Origin: Strigamia acuminata
Lineage: Eukaryota
Assembly: GCA_949358305.1 (NCBI GenBank)
Contig: OX442314.1
Span: forward strand, 20,274,001-20,338,000
Length of the DNA: 64,000 nucleotides
Direction: 5' to 3'
Position 1 is the first letter of the stretch; every line of letters begins with the position of its first letter. Positions 42,061 through 53,755 of the stretch are shown here, piece by piece. The position numbers and the translations under genes are program-made. Under the pieces are notes generated by a model. The model did not search any database and was not told the DNA's origin. It saw only the letters and a program-made list of their open reading frames with translations.

Positions 42061-42379
42061 CAACTGTTGCGATCTTTCCATTTTATGTCATTTTTGAAAT
42101 TTTGTAAAATCTTTTGGCCTTTGGTTGGAAATTCAGAAATGTAATGTTTTTTTGGTGAATAAAAAAAAATTATTAGTCTATAAATTATACAAATACTGAT
42201 TAATTTGTTGTAGAAAATATTTAATTTCAAAAATAAATTATTCGATTGTAACACTTCAGTTTTCTAACGACCGATGTCGCTGCCGATATAAACAAAATGG
42301 TGGTCATCGAGTATCAACATGTTCAGGTTTAAAGACAAAGTCCATTATTGTTGTAAAAATCCGAGCAATTTCCATCACT

Positions 42380-45300
42380 ATGGATCCGGAAAGTATGTTC
42401 CGTAGCTTATGTTCTCGTTTAAGCTCCGTAATAATATTTTACCTAATTTTGCAGAAAATAAGAGAAGAGATGAAAAATATTGCACATTTCCTCCCATTAA
42501 TGAATCTACAAACAACAATTTTACATCAAGTTATGAAGAATATTTAAACTTACTACAGGAAAGAAACAGGTATGGTATTGCTAGCTAAAACGATAAACTA
42601 GCAGCTGTTATTTTTAAAATCTAAAAAAAATTATAAAATGATAAAATTACATGAGAACTAATGATTGTATTCAAAACATACTGAAATAATTTTGTGAAAT
42701 GTGTTAGAACACGACGTAAACTTAAAAAGAAAAGTCAAAAGCAATTAGCACTTGAAAGAAGGGAGAAAGGATTTACTTTATATCTAAATGGAGCCAATGC
42801 TGAAAGAGAGAAAAATGTATCGCCTCTCATGTGTGTCAAAGTGAAGGAAGGTACACCCGTAATGAATGCCGCATGAAATTTTAATTATTGTTGTTGGTTT
42901 TTATGTGTTTAATTTATGTTTGTTCAACATTGTCGTGTAACTAACCGATGTTATTAACAGGCCCACAATTTTACTTCAATTCAAAAAATTCATCTCCAAA
43001 GACAGGCCGTAAAAATTGGTTGTTAGAAACACTTGACATTAAAACTGAAGATGGAAGAAATGTCAGATTATCTCCAAGTAATGATCATTTACAATCAACA
43101 TCCTTGTATTAAATTTATAAATATATTTTTTTTCAAATATTATTTATTTATTTATTTTAGAAGTAACGCGATTTGGCCGTTCATTTTATTCCAGTAGTGA
43201 CGAGAGTCTCAACACTCATTTTCTCAACCTTGGAAGAAGGAACGAAAATGACTGCGAAGAAGAAGAAATTGAAGAGAAAATTTTGAGCAGTTCCGAATCA
43301 GATTCGAATGACTTGTCCTCGGCTTATTCCAATCCTGAATTGTCATCTATTTGTTTTTGGCACAATAGGAAAAATAACGACTTGAATCAAATAAAACCAT
43401 CCCTGGATGATGATATAAACAGCAATTCTGTATTAGAGTTGCAATCGTCATCCAGTAAATGTATAAAATTTATATTATTATTATTTATTTTTTACTTTTA
43501 TAACATATCATTTAAATTATAGATATCACGAAGCATTTACTTACGGCTAAATACATTGAGCCGTCAAGCAGTGTAGTAAATAATATGGAAGAAGTGTTGC
43601 GAGCAATTCGAAAAGAAAATCAAATTATCGGTATTTGTAAAGATATGCCAAATAGTAATCAAATAGAAACATCAGTTCGTCTTCCAATGACCGAGGTTAG
43701 TAAATGATAAAAAAAATTGTAATCATAAAAAGAAAGGATTTTTTTTATTTATTTAACAGAGCGAAACACACGCACAATGTACAGTTGCTCTGGAAATTAT
43801 ATCTAATTGGGGACACCCATTTCGTGTGGGATTGACCGAAGTTCAATTTGTGGATGATCATAAAAATTGTATTGAAGTCATAAAAGTTAAGGTGTCCAAT
43901 GTTTGCGAACAGAAAGGAAATTTGTCTAACCTACATAATGGCAAAACGAAGGTAAGACACAGAATGTACATTAAAACCTACCAAATATTGCTTTTTTTGT
44001 ATTATGATTGACGATATGATTAAGATTAACAATTTATAACACGAAATGAGATGTTATTTTAGTCAGTGAAGCAAATAAAAAAGAAAACCTTTTATTAAAA
44101 TATTTGTTTACTGGGAAGCCATGCGTCCAAGGAGGAAGTACGCTTTATGGGGGTATTGAATCGAATTGAATAATTGTGAAATGTGTACAATGGCAAATGC
44201 GGTTATTGGAAATTTCAGGGGAAATACAGTTGTTTAGATTAAAATTAAATTTTAAAACTCTATTATTCAAAAAGTTTAATAATAATAATAAGTAGGAATA
44301 GATTTTTTAAATATAAATATTAATTGACTTACAAATATCTAGAAAGTGAATGAATTGTCTAAATGTGGAGCCAATTCCCATTGAAATGACATGTGACAAA
44401 GCCATATGTTGCTAGTTGCTACACCTGATAGATTAAATCAATATTTTTTTCCTGCTTAACCCAGCAACCAACCTGAGTTTAGAATCAATACAAAAATACA
44501 TTTCACATCTCCAAGACTTGCTGTATTTCCTGGTTTAACCATTCCACCTCAACTTATTCCACATGGATAAACGCTTTTTAATTCGTCACAATCACAAAAT
44601 CGTGATCGGTAATATCATTATTATTATTAATATCCCAAAACATAAGAACTATTTTCTCACTCCGTTAATTCGCAGCATTTTATTACCCGAAACAAAAACA
44701 TTTCCTACACATTTCGCGTGTCGGTTTTTTGAATTATGTTCCTTATTTTTAATGTTGGATGACTTTTTCTGGAGATTATTTTAAAAATATTAAATTTAAA
44801 TAAACGGAGAAAAGAATTTAAAGTTTCTGACTGTTATCTCATTTCCACTAAAATTCAATCGATTTATCGATGTGAAAAATCGATTCGGGCACGGTAGCTA
44901 AAAATGTCAACACGTTAACTCGCAGTTATTTTTTTCTTTAAAATTTTAATAATGTAATAATTAAATAAAGTGAAATTATATATTCCAGACGGTGAAAGAA
45001 CGATACATGTGGAGTTGTACTTTACACAATGATCCAGTGACACTGATGTTTTATTTGCTCAACGAACCAGCATCAATTAAAATCTGGAATTTTAATCACA
45101 GTATCAAGGTTTGTGTGATTTACACGACGAGTGGACTAAGTTTTGATTGAATTTATTTTCTGTTTCGAAGGATTTACTCATCGGTGTAAGGCAAGCGAGA
45201 ATTTACATCAACAGTCGATTAATTTTCGATGGAATTTTAGATAAAGCGTGCGGAAATCAAGTTTTTGATTATAGTCAAACGGTTTCGACATCAAATGAAA

Positions 45301-48300
45301 CTAAAGATAATTTGCTTTGCATGCAAAATTTCTTTACCCAAACAATCGTGATGGATAATAATACGAATAAGGAAGATTATTCGAGTGATTTCGGTCTGCG
45401 TAGCACCTCGGCGGTGGTTGCCGATAGGACTTTCCACGATGGATCGGAACGGAGAACTCAGTCCGGTGTGGTTGGGAAAAGACTCGAAGTCGAAATGAAT
45501 AAATTCCCGTCGAATGTAGCAACATCGAATTTAAAGTCTTCCAAATCTTTATATAATTATTCTAGTCAAACTAAACCAAAATGGCTGGAAAAATACCCGT
45601 AAAAAAAAATAATTATTTGGAATTTATTTGTACATTTTGCGCTAATCTTACGTTTTGTAGGAAGGACGAGCGTGTTAACATGCATGGAAAGCCCTCGTGG
45701 CTTAAAGGTTTGGACATCAACATGAAAGAACCATTTCTGGAACCCGTGAAGAGTGGAAATAATTCGAGAATTAACTCCGGCCGACATAGAAAATATGAAT
45801 CGGAACCTCGTATTGATTTGACGGGCCTGGAAGAATCGTTGTTAAAAACGACGATTCCGTCGGTATTAGAGGACGAGGACTCCCGACCGAGTCGCGAAGG
45901 ATCCGCTAGATACGGAAGACGAGCTATTCAAACACCAATTCAAAGTAAATCATCGATCTTTATGACACAGAATGATGTGTTAAGTGATTGTTGTTGTTTT
46001 AGGTTGGGGAGAGCCGCTAAAAGGTCAGTTGGGGCCCCTGATAGACCCTCAAAGACTGGAAGAATCGGCAAGAGCTCGCACCAGGCGAAACATAGATAAA
46101 AATTTAGAGGAATCATGGACATCTTTGCATATGTTTAATCATCATCATCGAGGACGTTTGTCTATAAACATGGAAGGAGATGTTATGGATTCTTATCTTA
46201 ATAGCGAAAAAATACCTAAAGTTGTCGGTGTATCTAGTGAACTTGAGGAATTGATGTCTATCGGGTAAAAATTAATTAAAAGTTTATACATTTTTTATGT
46301 TTTATTGGTTTATTTCTGTTTTTGTTTTAAGAAGTACAAATTCTGATTTTATTGTTCCTGAGTTACCCGAAGGACAGCACATTGTTATTAATATCAAAAC
46401 TACTTGGGGTGACGGTCATTACGTTGGTTTAAATGGTGTGGAGGTTTTCGGAAGTACTGGAGATTGTGTCAAAATACAAAAAGTTAGTTTTCGGATTTAA
46501 TTTTGGGTTAGAAATTGTTTGTAATATCCATTTTTTTTCTTTAGATAACAGCAAATCCAGCTGATATTAATATATTACCTGAATATTCCAAGGATCCGAG
46601 GGTAGTGAGTAATCTGATCGATGGGATTTATCGTACGAGAGACGATATGCATTTGTGGTTGACACCGTTTACGTCGGGAAAGGATCATTTAGTGTATATA
46701 ACGTTTGACAAGCACGTTAAAATTGCCATGATTCGAATTTGGGTATAAATACATAAATATACATTACTTTTTTTGCTGATGTGATTAAAAATTTTTTGTT
46801 TAGAACTATAATAAATCTCGAATTCATTCGTTTCGAGGGGCGAAAGATTTAGAAATAAATCTCGATAAGACTTGTATATTTAAAGGAGAAATAGCGCAAG
46901 CTTGCGGCGGAATTCAAGGAGGAATTGAAGCGTTTGGAGATGTAAAATTCGAATTTAAAAAAAAAATACAAAGTACAAAATACAAATCTGGTAAAAATTG
47001 TATTTTTTAGACAATTTTATTCACAACGGATGAAGCCATTTTAGAAAACATTGCTCGACACGATGGCACCTTTTCCAGTTATACGACCTTAACTACGGAT
47101 GTAGTAAAAGAGGAAATACTATTTGAAAGACCACCGACCGCGCATCAATTAGCCGAGGTTTTTGTTTGAATTAACCTTTAAAATCAAATATTTATTTTCG
47201 ATTTGTTTTTACTTAGGGTGAGAGACCAATGACAAGTGCGTTCGAGAGGAGAAATTTGTCTAAAGATTGGGATAACACTTCGCAAGTTACCAATTTTAAA
47301 TCGTTTAGAGGAGAAATTTTGGAGCTGAATGCACTTAGTAATTGGGGCGATCCTAATTGGATCGGTTTGACCGGTCTTGAAATATTGGATGAGGTTGGTA
47401 ATGTTTTGTCTGTGGCTTCACACACACTATCCACGCCGATCAAGGATCTAACGGCAACGAAAACATTAAACAGGTTTAAAGATTTAGTGAATTTACGATC
47501 GATTGAATTATTGATTCTACAAAATATGTGTAATTTAGGCTGTTGGATGGGAATAATGTTACAACGCAGGAAAAAAACATGTGGTTGACAACGTTCGCCG
47601 ATGGATCTGAGTTTAAAATCCGAATTTCGTTCGCAAAGTCGGTTCAGATTTCGGGGATTCGATTGTGGAATTATAACAGAAGTCAGGAAGATTCGTACCG
47701 AGGAGTAAGAAATTGATGACTGAAAATATATTGCAATATATTTAATGTTTTCAAAACAACTTCAACTTTTTAGGTGAAATATCTACAAATAAGTTTGGAT
47801 AATAAATTAGTATCTCCATCCGAAGGATTTTTAATTCGTAAAGGACCTGGCAATGTTCATTTTGACTTTGCTCAAGAAGTCAATTTCGGCGGACCACCGG
47901 ATTACACTTTGTTATCACTCATTCCGAGCAAAATTTGTGACAAATTCTATGCAACAGACAACATAACTCAGGATTATGAAGCTCCAGCCATGCCGCGTGG
48001 CTGTATCCTTTTAAAAATAAGAAATCAAATTTGGTAATGTTACCTTTAACTCATCCGTAGTCATTTTTCAGTTTCAATTATATTCGACTTGGGGTGATCC
48101 CTATTACGTGGGATTGAATGGACTAGAAATATACGACGCAGTTGGCAATAAAATATGCCTAACTGAAAACAGTACGATTTTAAATCGATTATTTTGGATT
48201 TATTTTAAGTTTGATTTCATGCAAATAGATATAGCGGCTTATCCAGACAGTGTTAATGTCCTCGATAATGTTCACGACGACATCCGGACCCCGGATAAGT

Positions 48301-49015
48301 TGATTGATGGGGTAAATGATGCGGTGGATGGGCACCATATGTGGTTAGCACCGGTGTTACCTTGTGTGGTACGAATTATTTATTTTTTAAATCAATTACA
48401 GCAGTAGGTTTATTTTATACGTATAAATTACTTTCAGTTGAATAGGATATACATCGTGTTTGATTATCCCGTCACGATTTCCATGATTAAATTATGGAAT
48501 TACACGAAGACACCAAACAGGGGCGTCAAAGAATTTGGTGTAAGATTTACCAAATGTGAAATTGATTTCACCGACCGTGATTTTTTTTATTTGTAATTTT
48601 TCAGCTACTAGTCGATGACTTGTTGGTCTATCATAACAGTTTGGGACTAGCTGATTTGGCTTGGAAAAACACGTCTGGTCTATATCATACAATTTTATTC
48701 ACAGTTGACAAAGAAATCGCACAACAAGAAAGAGCTTCTATACTTAGGTATTTTGGCTGTCTGTTTACTAATTGAAATTTAGATTCGTCCGTCTTAATTT
48801 ATTTAAATTGAATTTATTTTTTAGAACTAGTCACTTAGATCAAGATGTACAGCTAACGAATGATTGCCAAGTAGTTCATAAAGGTACTTCAGGAAAAATG
48901 GTCGATCAAGGTATGAGCTCGTTTCGAGTGTTGGATGGTTACGTGACTAATTTCTTATTTATTTCTGGTAGCTTTAAGGCCAATGACGAGCTTAACTTCA
49001 ACAAATCTGAATTAA
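42380..49015 (+). CDS. KATNIP: Katanin-interacting protein (KIAA0556), DUF4457-type repeats; many exons
   Basis: YEEYLNLLQERNR; ERREKGFTLYLNGAN; repeated (S/T)(N/T)WG...VGL(T/N)G(L/V)E and IRIWNYN motifs; LEESWTSLHMFNHHHRGRL; MPRGFIFQFQL; ends LRPMTSLTSTNLN*. Confidence 0.92.
48003..48060 (+). other. U12-type GT-AG intron (58 nt) in KATNIP
   Basis: Donor T|GTATCCTTTT; branch-like ACCTTTAAC ending 8 nt before the AG. Removal gives PRG-F-IFQFQL. Confidence 0.85.
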
Positions 49016-49244
49016 TTTTTTTGAAATTAAATTTGTTTTTTTTTTAAATTTGAAAAATCAAATAAAAGATGTTTTGTATTCTTATTAAATAAATGCTTCT
49101 AATACCATTGTTGGTACATTGTCGCAATAAAATGATATTTAACGTAATTTATTTGTCTGTTTCTTTCTACAATACGAGTGACAATTACGGTACGGTATAT
49201 GCTACTTTAACTACAATTGTTTTTTACATTTTGTATCTCATGAT

Positions 49245-49704
49245 TTATATTTTTCCGGCGAAGTTACCGTTGGACAACTGGTCATCCCACTTCTCAACCT
49301 GAAACAAAGGTAAATTTAGCTTTAGTTGCGAATCTTTTAGATTTTAACAAAAAAAAAATAATAATAAGTAATAATAAATACCCAAGCGAAAGGACAAATC
49401 GAGTTGTACACTTTGAAAAAATATTCACACGGCTTATAACTTTCGCCCTTAATTTTACGGCATCGATGGTAATCAATGTAGCTTTGGTAGCAATACCTAA
49501 ATGAGAAGTCTTAGCTCGCAAATTGTAAAATAACGAATGATTTTATATGATTTACTTGGTTTGATTCATATTAGGAAATCGCGGATCAAATGGTGCGGTT
49601 TCTAATTTAAACTCGGGTTCCTGAATAGTTTTCTACGCGTAATACATACAATTAGTTAACGCGAATGTATATGCATTGTTATTAACAAATATACGAACCC
49701 CCAT
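49245..49704 (-). CDS. COX6B: Cytochrome c oxidase subunit 6B, short form
   Basis: MG/KTIQEPEFKLETAPFDPRFPNMNQTKYCYQSYIDYHRC...PCEYFFKVYNSICPFAWVEKWDDQLSNGNFAGKI*. Confidence 0.92.
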
Positions 49705-49925
49705 TGTTGTAAAAGTTGGTGAAAAACGTAGACGAAAATACGGAAACCAGCACGGATGCAAAATTACGAGGAATTTTGGGAGCTATGATGTCACTTCCAT
49801 CTTAGCGCCATCTAACGTGTGAAATTGCGCAATCCGCCAAACTTAAAACTCACTTTTATTGGATTTTATTTTTGTTTACACAACTTGAACGAAACAAATA
49901 AACTTAAAATTGATTTTATCGAATC

Positions 49926-50537
49926 TTAGATTCTTCCTGCAAAATTTCCACTCTCTAATTGGTCATCCCATTTTTCGATCTATTAAAAAATATGAAATTA
50001 ATTTCATTTAAACTTTTCTTTACAATTTACTCGAGTTTTCATTACCCAGGCATTGGGGCACATTGACCTATACACCTTGTAAAAATATTCACACGGCTTA
50101 AAGTCTTCTCCTTTTACTTTACGACATCTGTGATAATCCAAATAGCTTTGATAGCAATACCTTAATAAATCATGTTTTAGTTATTTTAAATGTTTAAATG
50201 TCTATTTATTGATTTCTGTGTACTTAGTTTGGTTCGTGTTTGGAAATCGAGGGTCGAACGGAGCAGTTTCTAGTCTAAATTCAGGTTCTGGTGGTGGTTT
50301 CTATAATTGAATAAAACTAAATAGATTAAAAGTAAATGTAAACAATTTTTTTTTTCTCTTTACTTTTGCAAATTTTCTAGCCCAAGGAATATCCTCCATG
50401 CTTAACGGCATTTCTCCTGAACGTCCCATTGCTTGCACAGTTGGACCGGTTCCTGATCCAGATGCTTGTTCATTATCCTTGTTCATCCCGAGAGCATCAC
50501 CGACAGAAGCTGCAACTTTTGCCATCATCCAAGCCAT
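49926..50537 (-). CDS. COX6B: Cytochrome c oxidase subunit 6B paralog with an N-terminal extension
   Basis: First exon MAWMMAKVAAS...WARKFAK, then KPPPEPEFRLETAPFDPRFPNTNQTKYCYQSYLDYHRC...CPNAWIEKWDDQLESGNFAGRI*. Intron positions match the neighbouring copy. Confidence 0.88.
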
Positions 50538-51099
50538 AAGTTTTAATTTTCTCCAGCGCAAACTAACTTAATTTATCAAGTTTTTCTTCTTCTTTAATGA
50601 TTTTAAGATAGCACTAACAATTCTAAAATTTCCGGAATAATGAATAGAATATCATCGTCGTTGCTAAGAAACAGATTCGAAAATGGAGTTTGTTGTTTTT
50701 TTAATTTCAAATTAATTTGAGAGATTTCACAATAGGTGACTCTACGTATCCGCTAAAAGTTTCCGCGGGTTTGTTTTGATTGGATATAAGAGAGGAGGTT
50801 GACTTTCATTTCTAGCACACGTCGATGCAAGTTTAATTCGCTTTTCGGTTGGTAATATTTAATATACATAACATACAATTTTTACTTATTTGTAGTTAGT
50901 TTTATCTCTAATTTATACCGTAGTCGTTTTTTTTTACTTAGAATAACTACATCTAACATTCAGGTACGCATTCTTCTTCATGCCTTAAATTTAAATACCG
51001 ACCATCTTGCCTAGTTTATTCTGTTTATGCTGACAAATGAGAGAATTAACGCAAAAATTAAAGATAAAATCTCTTCAAAAAAATTTTCTTTATGATATG

Positions 51100-51180
51100 A
51101 ATTACTCTGGATTCGAACTCGGGACCTTGTGTCCACTATAAAGTCTCCAATACTAAAATACTAAACCCATTTCGACAGTC
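51100..51180 (-). mobile_element. Possible tRNA-derived SINE remnant
   Basis: B-box-like GGTCCCGAGTTCGAATCC; A box poor and no cloverleaf. Confidence 0.3.
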
Positions 51181-52276
51181 ACTGCTCCTGATTAGAATTG
51201 CCTTATAAACTCCCATATAAGCAAGAAATTATTAGAAAAATAAAATTAAAAAGTAAAATATATATAATTTGAGGTTTGCGATACTGGAAACATGCCGAAT
51301 CGACTGAAAATGAGCTAAAAAATCGATTCCTGTGGGCCGAATTTGCATATCATGAACTGTTGCGTTTTTTGATTTATGGTTCACATGTCAGTTTCAGCAG
51401 GTTTTTCACGTGAGCGATAAATTCGGATACGTTGACAAGTCAGAGAAACGAAGGTCAAAGAAATGATCCGCTTTCCCAAAACTTGGGAGAAGCGGCGGGA
51501 TTCGAAAAAGTGACCAGGGACCAACCTCGCACCATTTAGTTTTTGCGTTTACAGCCAAGAAGAACAATCTTATCTGATAAGGGTCGTCAAAGTCCATTCA
51601 GTACTAAAACAGCAAGAGTAAAAAAAAAAGGAAAAGATATGCCGTATGCATGCTAGCTCATTTGCATACCTAATGAAAATTAATAAATAATTTGGTTGCT
51701 AGTGGTATCTCGAAACAATCCGCATGAAAAACTAAAGTTGGTCGTTCACCAAAAACCAGAGCTGACAACCCAGGTCGGTATGAACCGAGCGCATAATCAA
51801 GGAAAGTTTATATCCTTGGCGTAATCAATGTACAAAATATGCAATCATATTTATTCTTTACTTTCATGTGGTAATCACTTTAAAACAAAACAAATTTGAC
51901 TTAAATCCTTTGCCTAAACATTTATTAATAAAACACGTGAAGCATCTCCATGAGTCTGACTTGTGAGTCATTAATCTGAATTCGAAGACCCTGGAAATTG
52001 TGGTATTTTTCAATTATCTCCGCATGATTACTTCTTCTGTCAAGCGGAGAGAAAAATATTTCTTCTAATCACTGAATTCACTTAAATTTGCAAAGTAAAT
52101 TACATACCCCAACCACACAAAAAAGTTTACAATTTTAAATTCAAATTAATTTATTATTACTGTATCAATCATTTAATCTCAATTTTTATTTTTATTTGAT
52201 TATAAATCATTCACTTATCACACGTTTGATGTTCATTTCAACATTTTTAACATCAGACAATTATCTAGGCCTTACA

Positions 52277-53114
52277 TCACACATCGTATGCAGAATTATC
52301 CGTAGTCCAATCAGCTAACAAGTCTTCAAAATCCAACGTTTGATGATGCTTCGGTTCTTCCCACAAGGATTCTGGAAACTTGTGCAATCCATCAGCTTCT
52401 TCTGAGATCGAAATTAGAGTTTTGTTTGTGTTTAAAACCATAATCGGTTCACATTGTCGATCCTGGATGAACGACTTTCTCAACACGCTATCAAAAAGTT
52501 CTTGAAAAGGACCTAGACCAAAAGTAACATCCAGTTGTCCCTGATGCGGCAAGTGACAGCGAACAGTTTTCCCAGACGGTGTCGTAATCGTGTGTCCATT
52601 TGCAAGTGCGGTGCATTTTGAAGTAGGGAGTTTGAAGCGCTCACGCTTTGACCCAATTTCAGCCAACAAATCCGCGTAATAAAGTTCTCTCCCGGACTTC
52701 GTAGATTTGAATCGATCCTAAAAAGTCAAAAGCCTCGTATACAAGAAGTTCCCGTAATTTTTTGTTGTCTTTTACCTCAAAAACATCGCAGTAATCTTCA
52801 CTTCCTTGATTTCGGTTGAAGAAATGCCGAATGTCGTTGGTTGCGGATGCTGCAAATGCGAGCAAAGTTGTGGTCGATTCAGGCTCTTCGTCCCATTCTA
52901 TTTCATCCTCTTCATAATCGGATTCAAATTCATCCTCGTCCGTTACAAAATCATCATACTCCGCTATGCCGCTTGCTCCTAACAATTGTCCGTGAATTTC
53001 ATCCGCTCTATTTTCTTCGAAATAAACAGGATTAACGCCAATTTCTCTCCCACTTAAACCGTTCCACATAACATTCTCCTCTTTGTGGCTTTCCAGCGAA
53101 AGGCACGACAACAT
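52277..53114 (-). CDS. PERCC1: PERCC1-like protein, 2 exons
   Basis: Acidic tract then LLAFAASATNDIRHFF...CDVFE. A short intron (~52719-52775) joins the two ORFs to give DRFKSTKSGRELYYADLL; later GLGPFQELF, FPESLWEEP, DFEDLLADW. This is the motif series recalled for PERCC1. Confidence 0.8.
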
Positions 53115-53755
53115 TTTGAAAGGAAAACAAGTGCAACAGTTCGAGCTCAATGGTTAAAATCAACTAACGATCGAGTCTTATCGTACAAACACGACGCATG
53201 AGCACTGAGCAGTAGTGATGCAACAAGTTTAAAGGCCTAGAATGTATTTTTTCATTAGAGTATTAACTGATAAAGCTAAGTAACGGTTTTGTTTCAACGC
53301 TTTGACAAAAAGGAAAGCCTTTTATGGCTTCCTGTTGGGGGATATTAGGATGTAGGATAATCCTACTCGAATTTAGACTTTGAAAAGTAAAGTCTAAAAA
53401 TAAGAAATAACAACGTGAAATTTTTCATCCGAATTTCTCTTTTGATTTTTTAGGTTTATTTCTTTCGCATCATTTTTTTAATGGATGAAACAAAGCACTT
53501 GACTAAATTTGTTTGTTTTGCATTTTCTGAATGGGAACATCTGTTGATGTTTTGCTTACGCGGTTATTAGAGCGGACATAATGCGAGTTAATTTACAAAC
53601 TGATAAAAGGAGAAAAAAAACACTTATCACAAGGGGTTTTATTGACACAGTTTGAGAAGTAGCAACTGATTCAATATTTAATATTTGAGCTTGGTCTCTC
53701 ATAAAATAACATGTTAATCTTAATGTGTACACGTGCAATGTTTATTTTTTAGCTT

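Noticed and set aside
44100..44570. Possible nested antisense gene in the 1-kb KATNIP intron
   Set aside because: Only short, uninformative spliced ORFs could be built.
51100..51180. tRNA gene
   Set aside because: Only a B-box/T-loop-like motif; no acceptor or anticodon stems.
52659..52780. Apparent frameshift between the two PERCC1-like ORFs (programmed frameshift or pseudogene)
   Set aside because: Fully explained by a short GT-AG intron.
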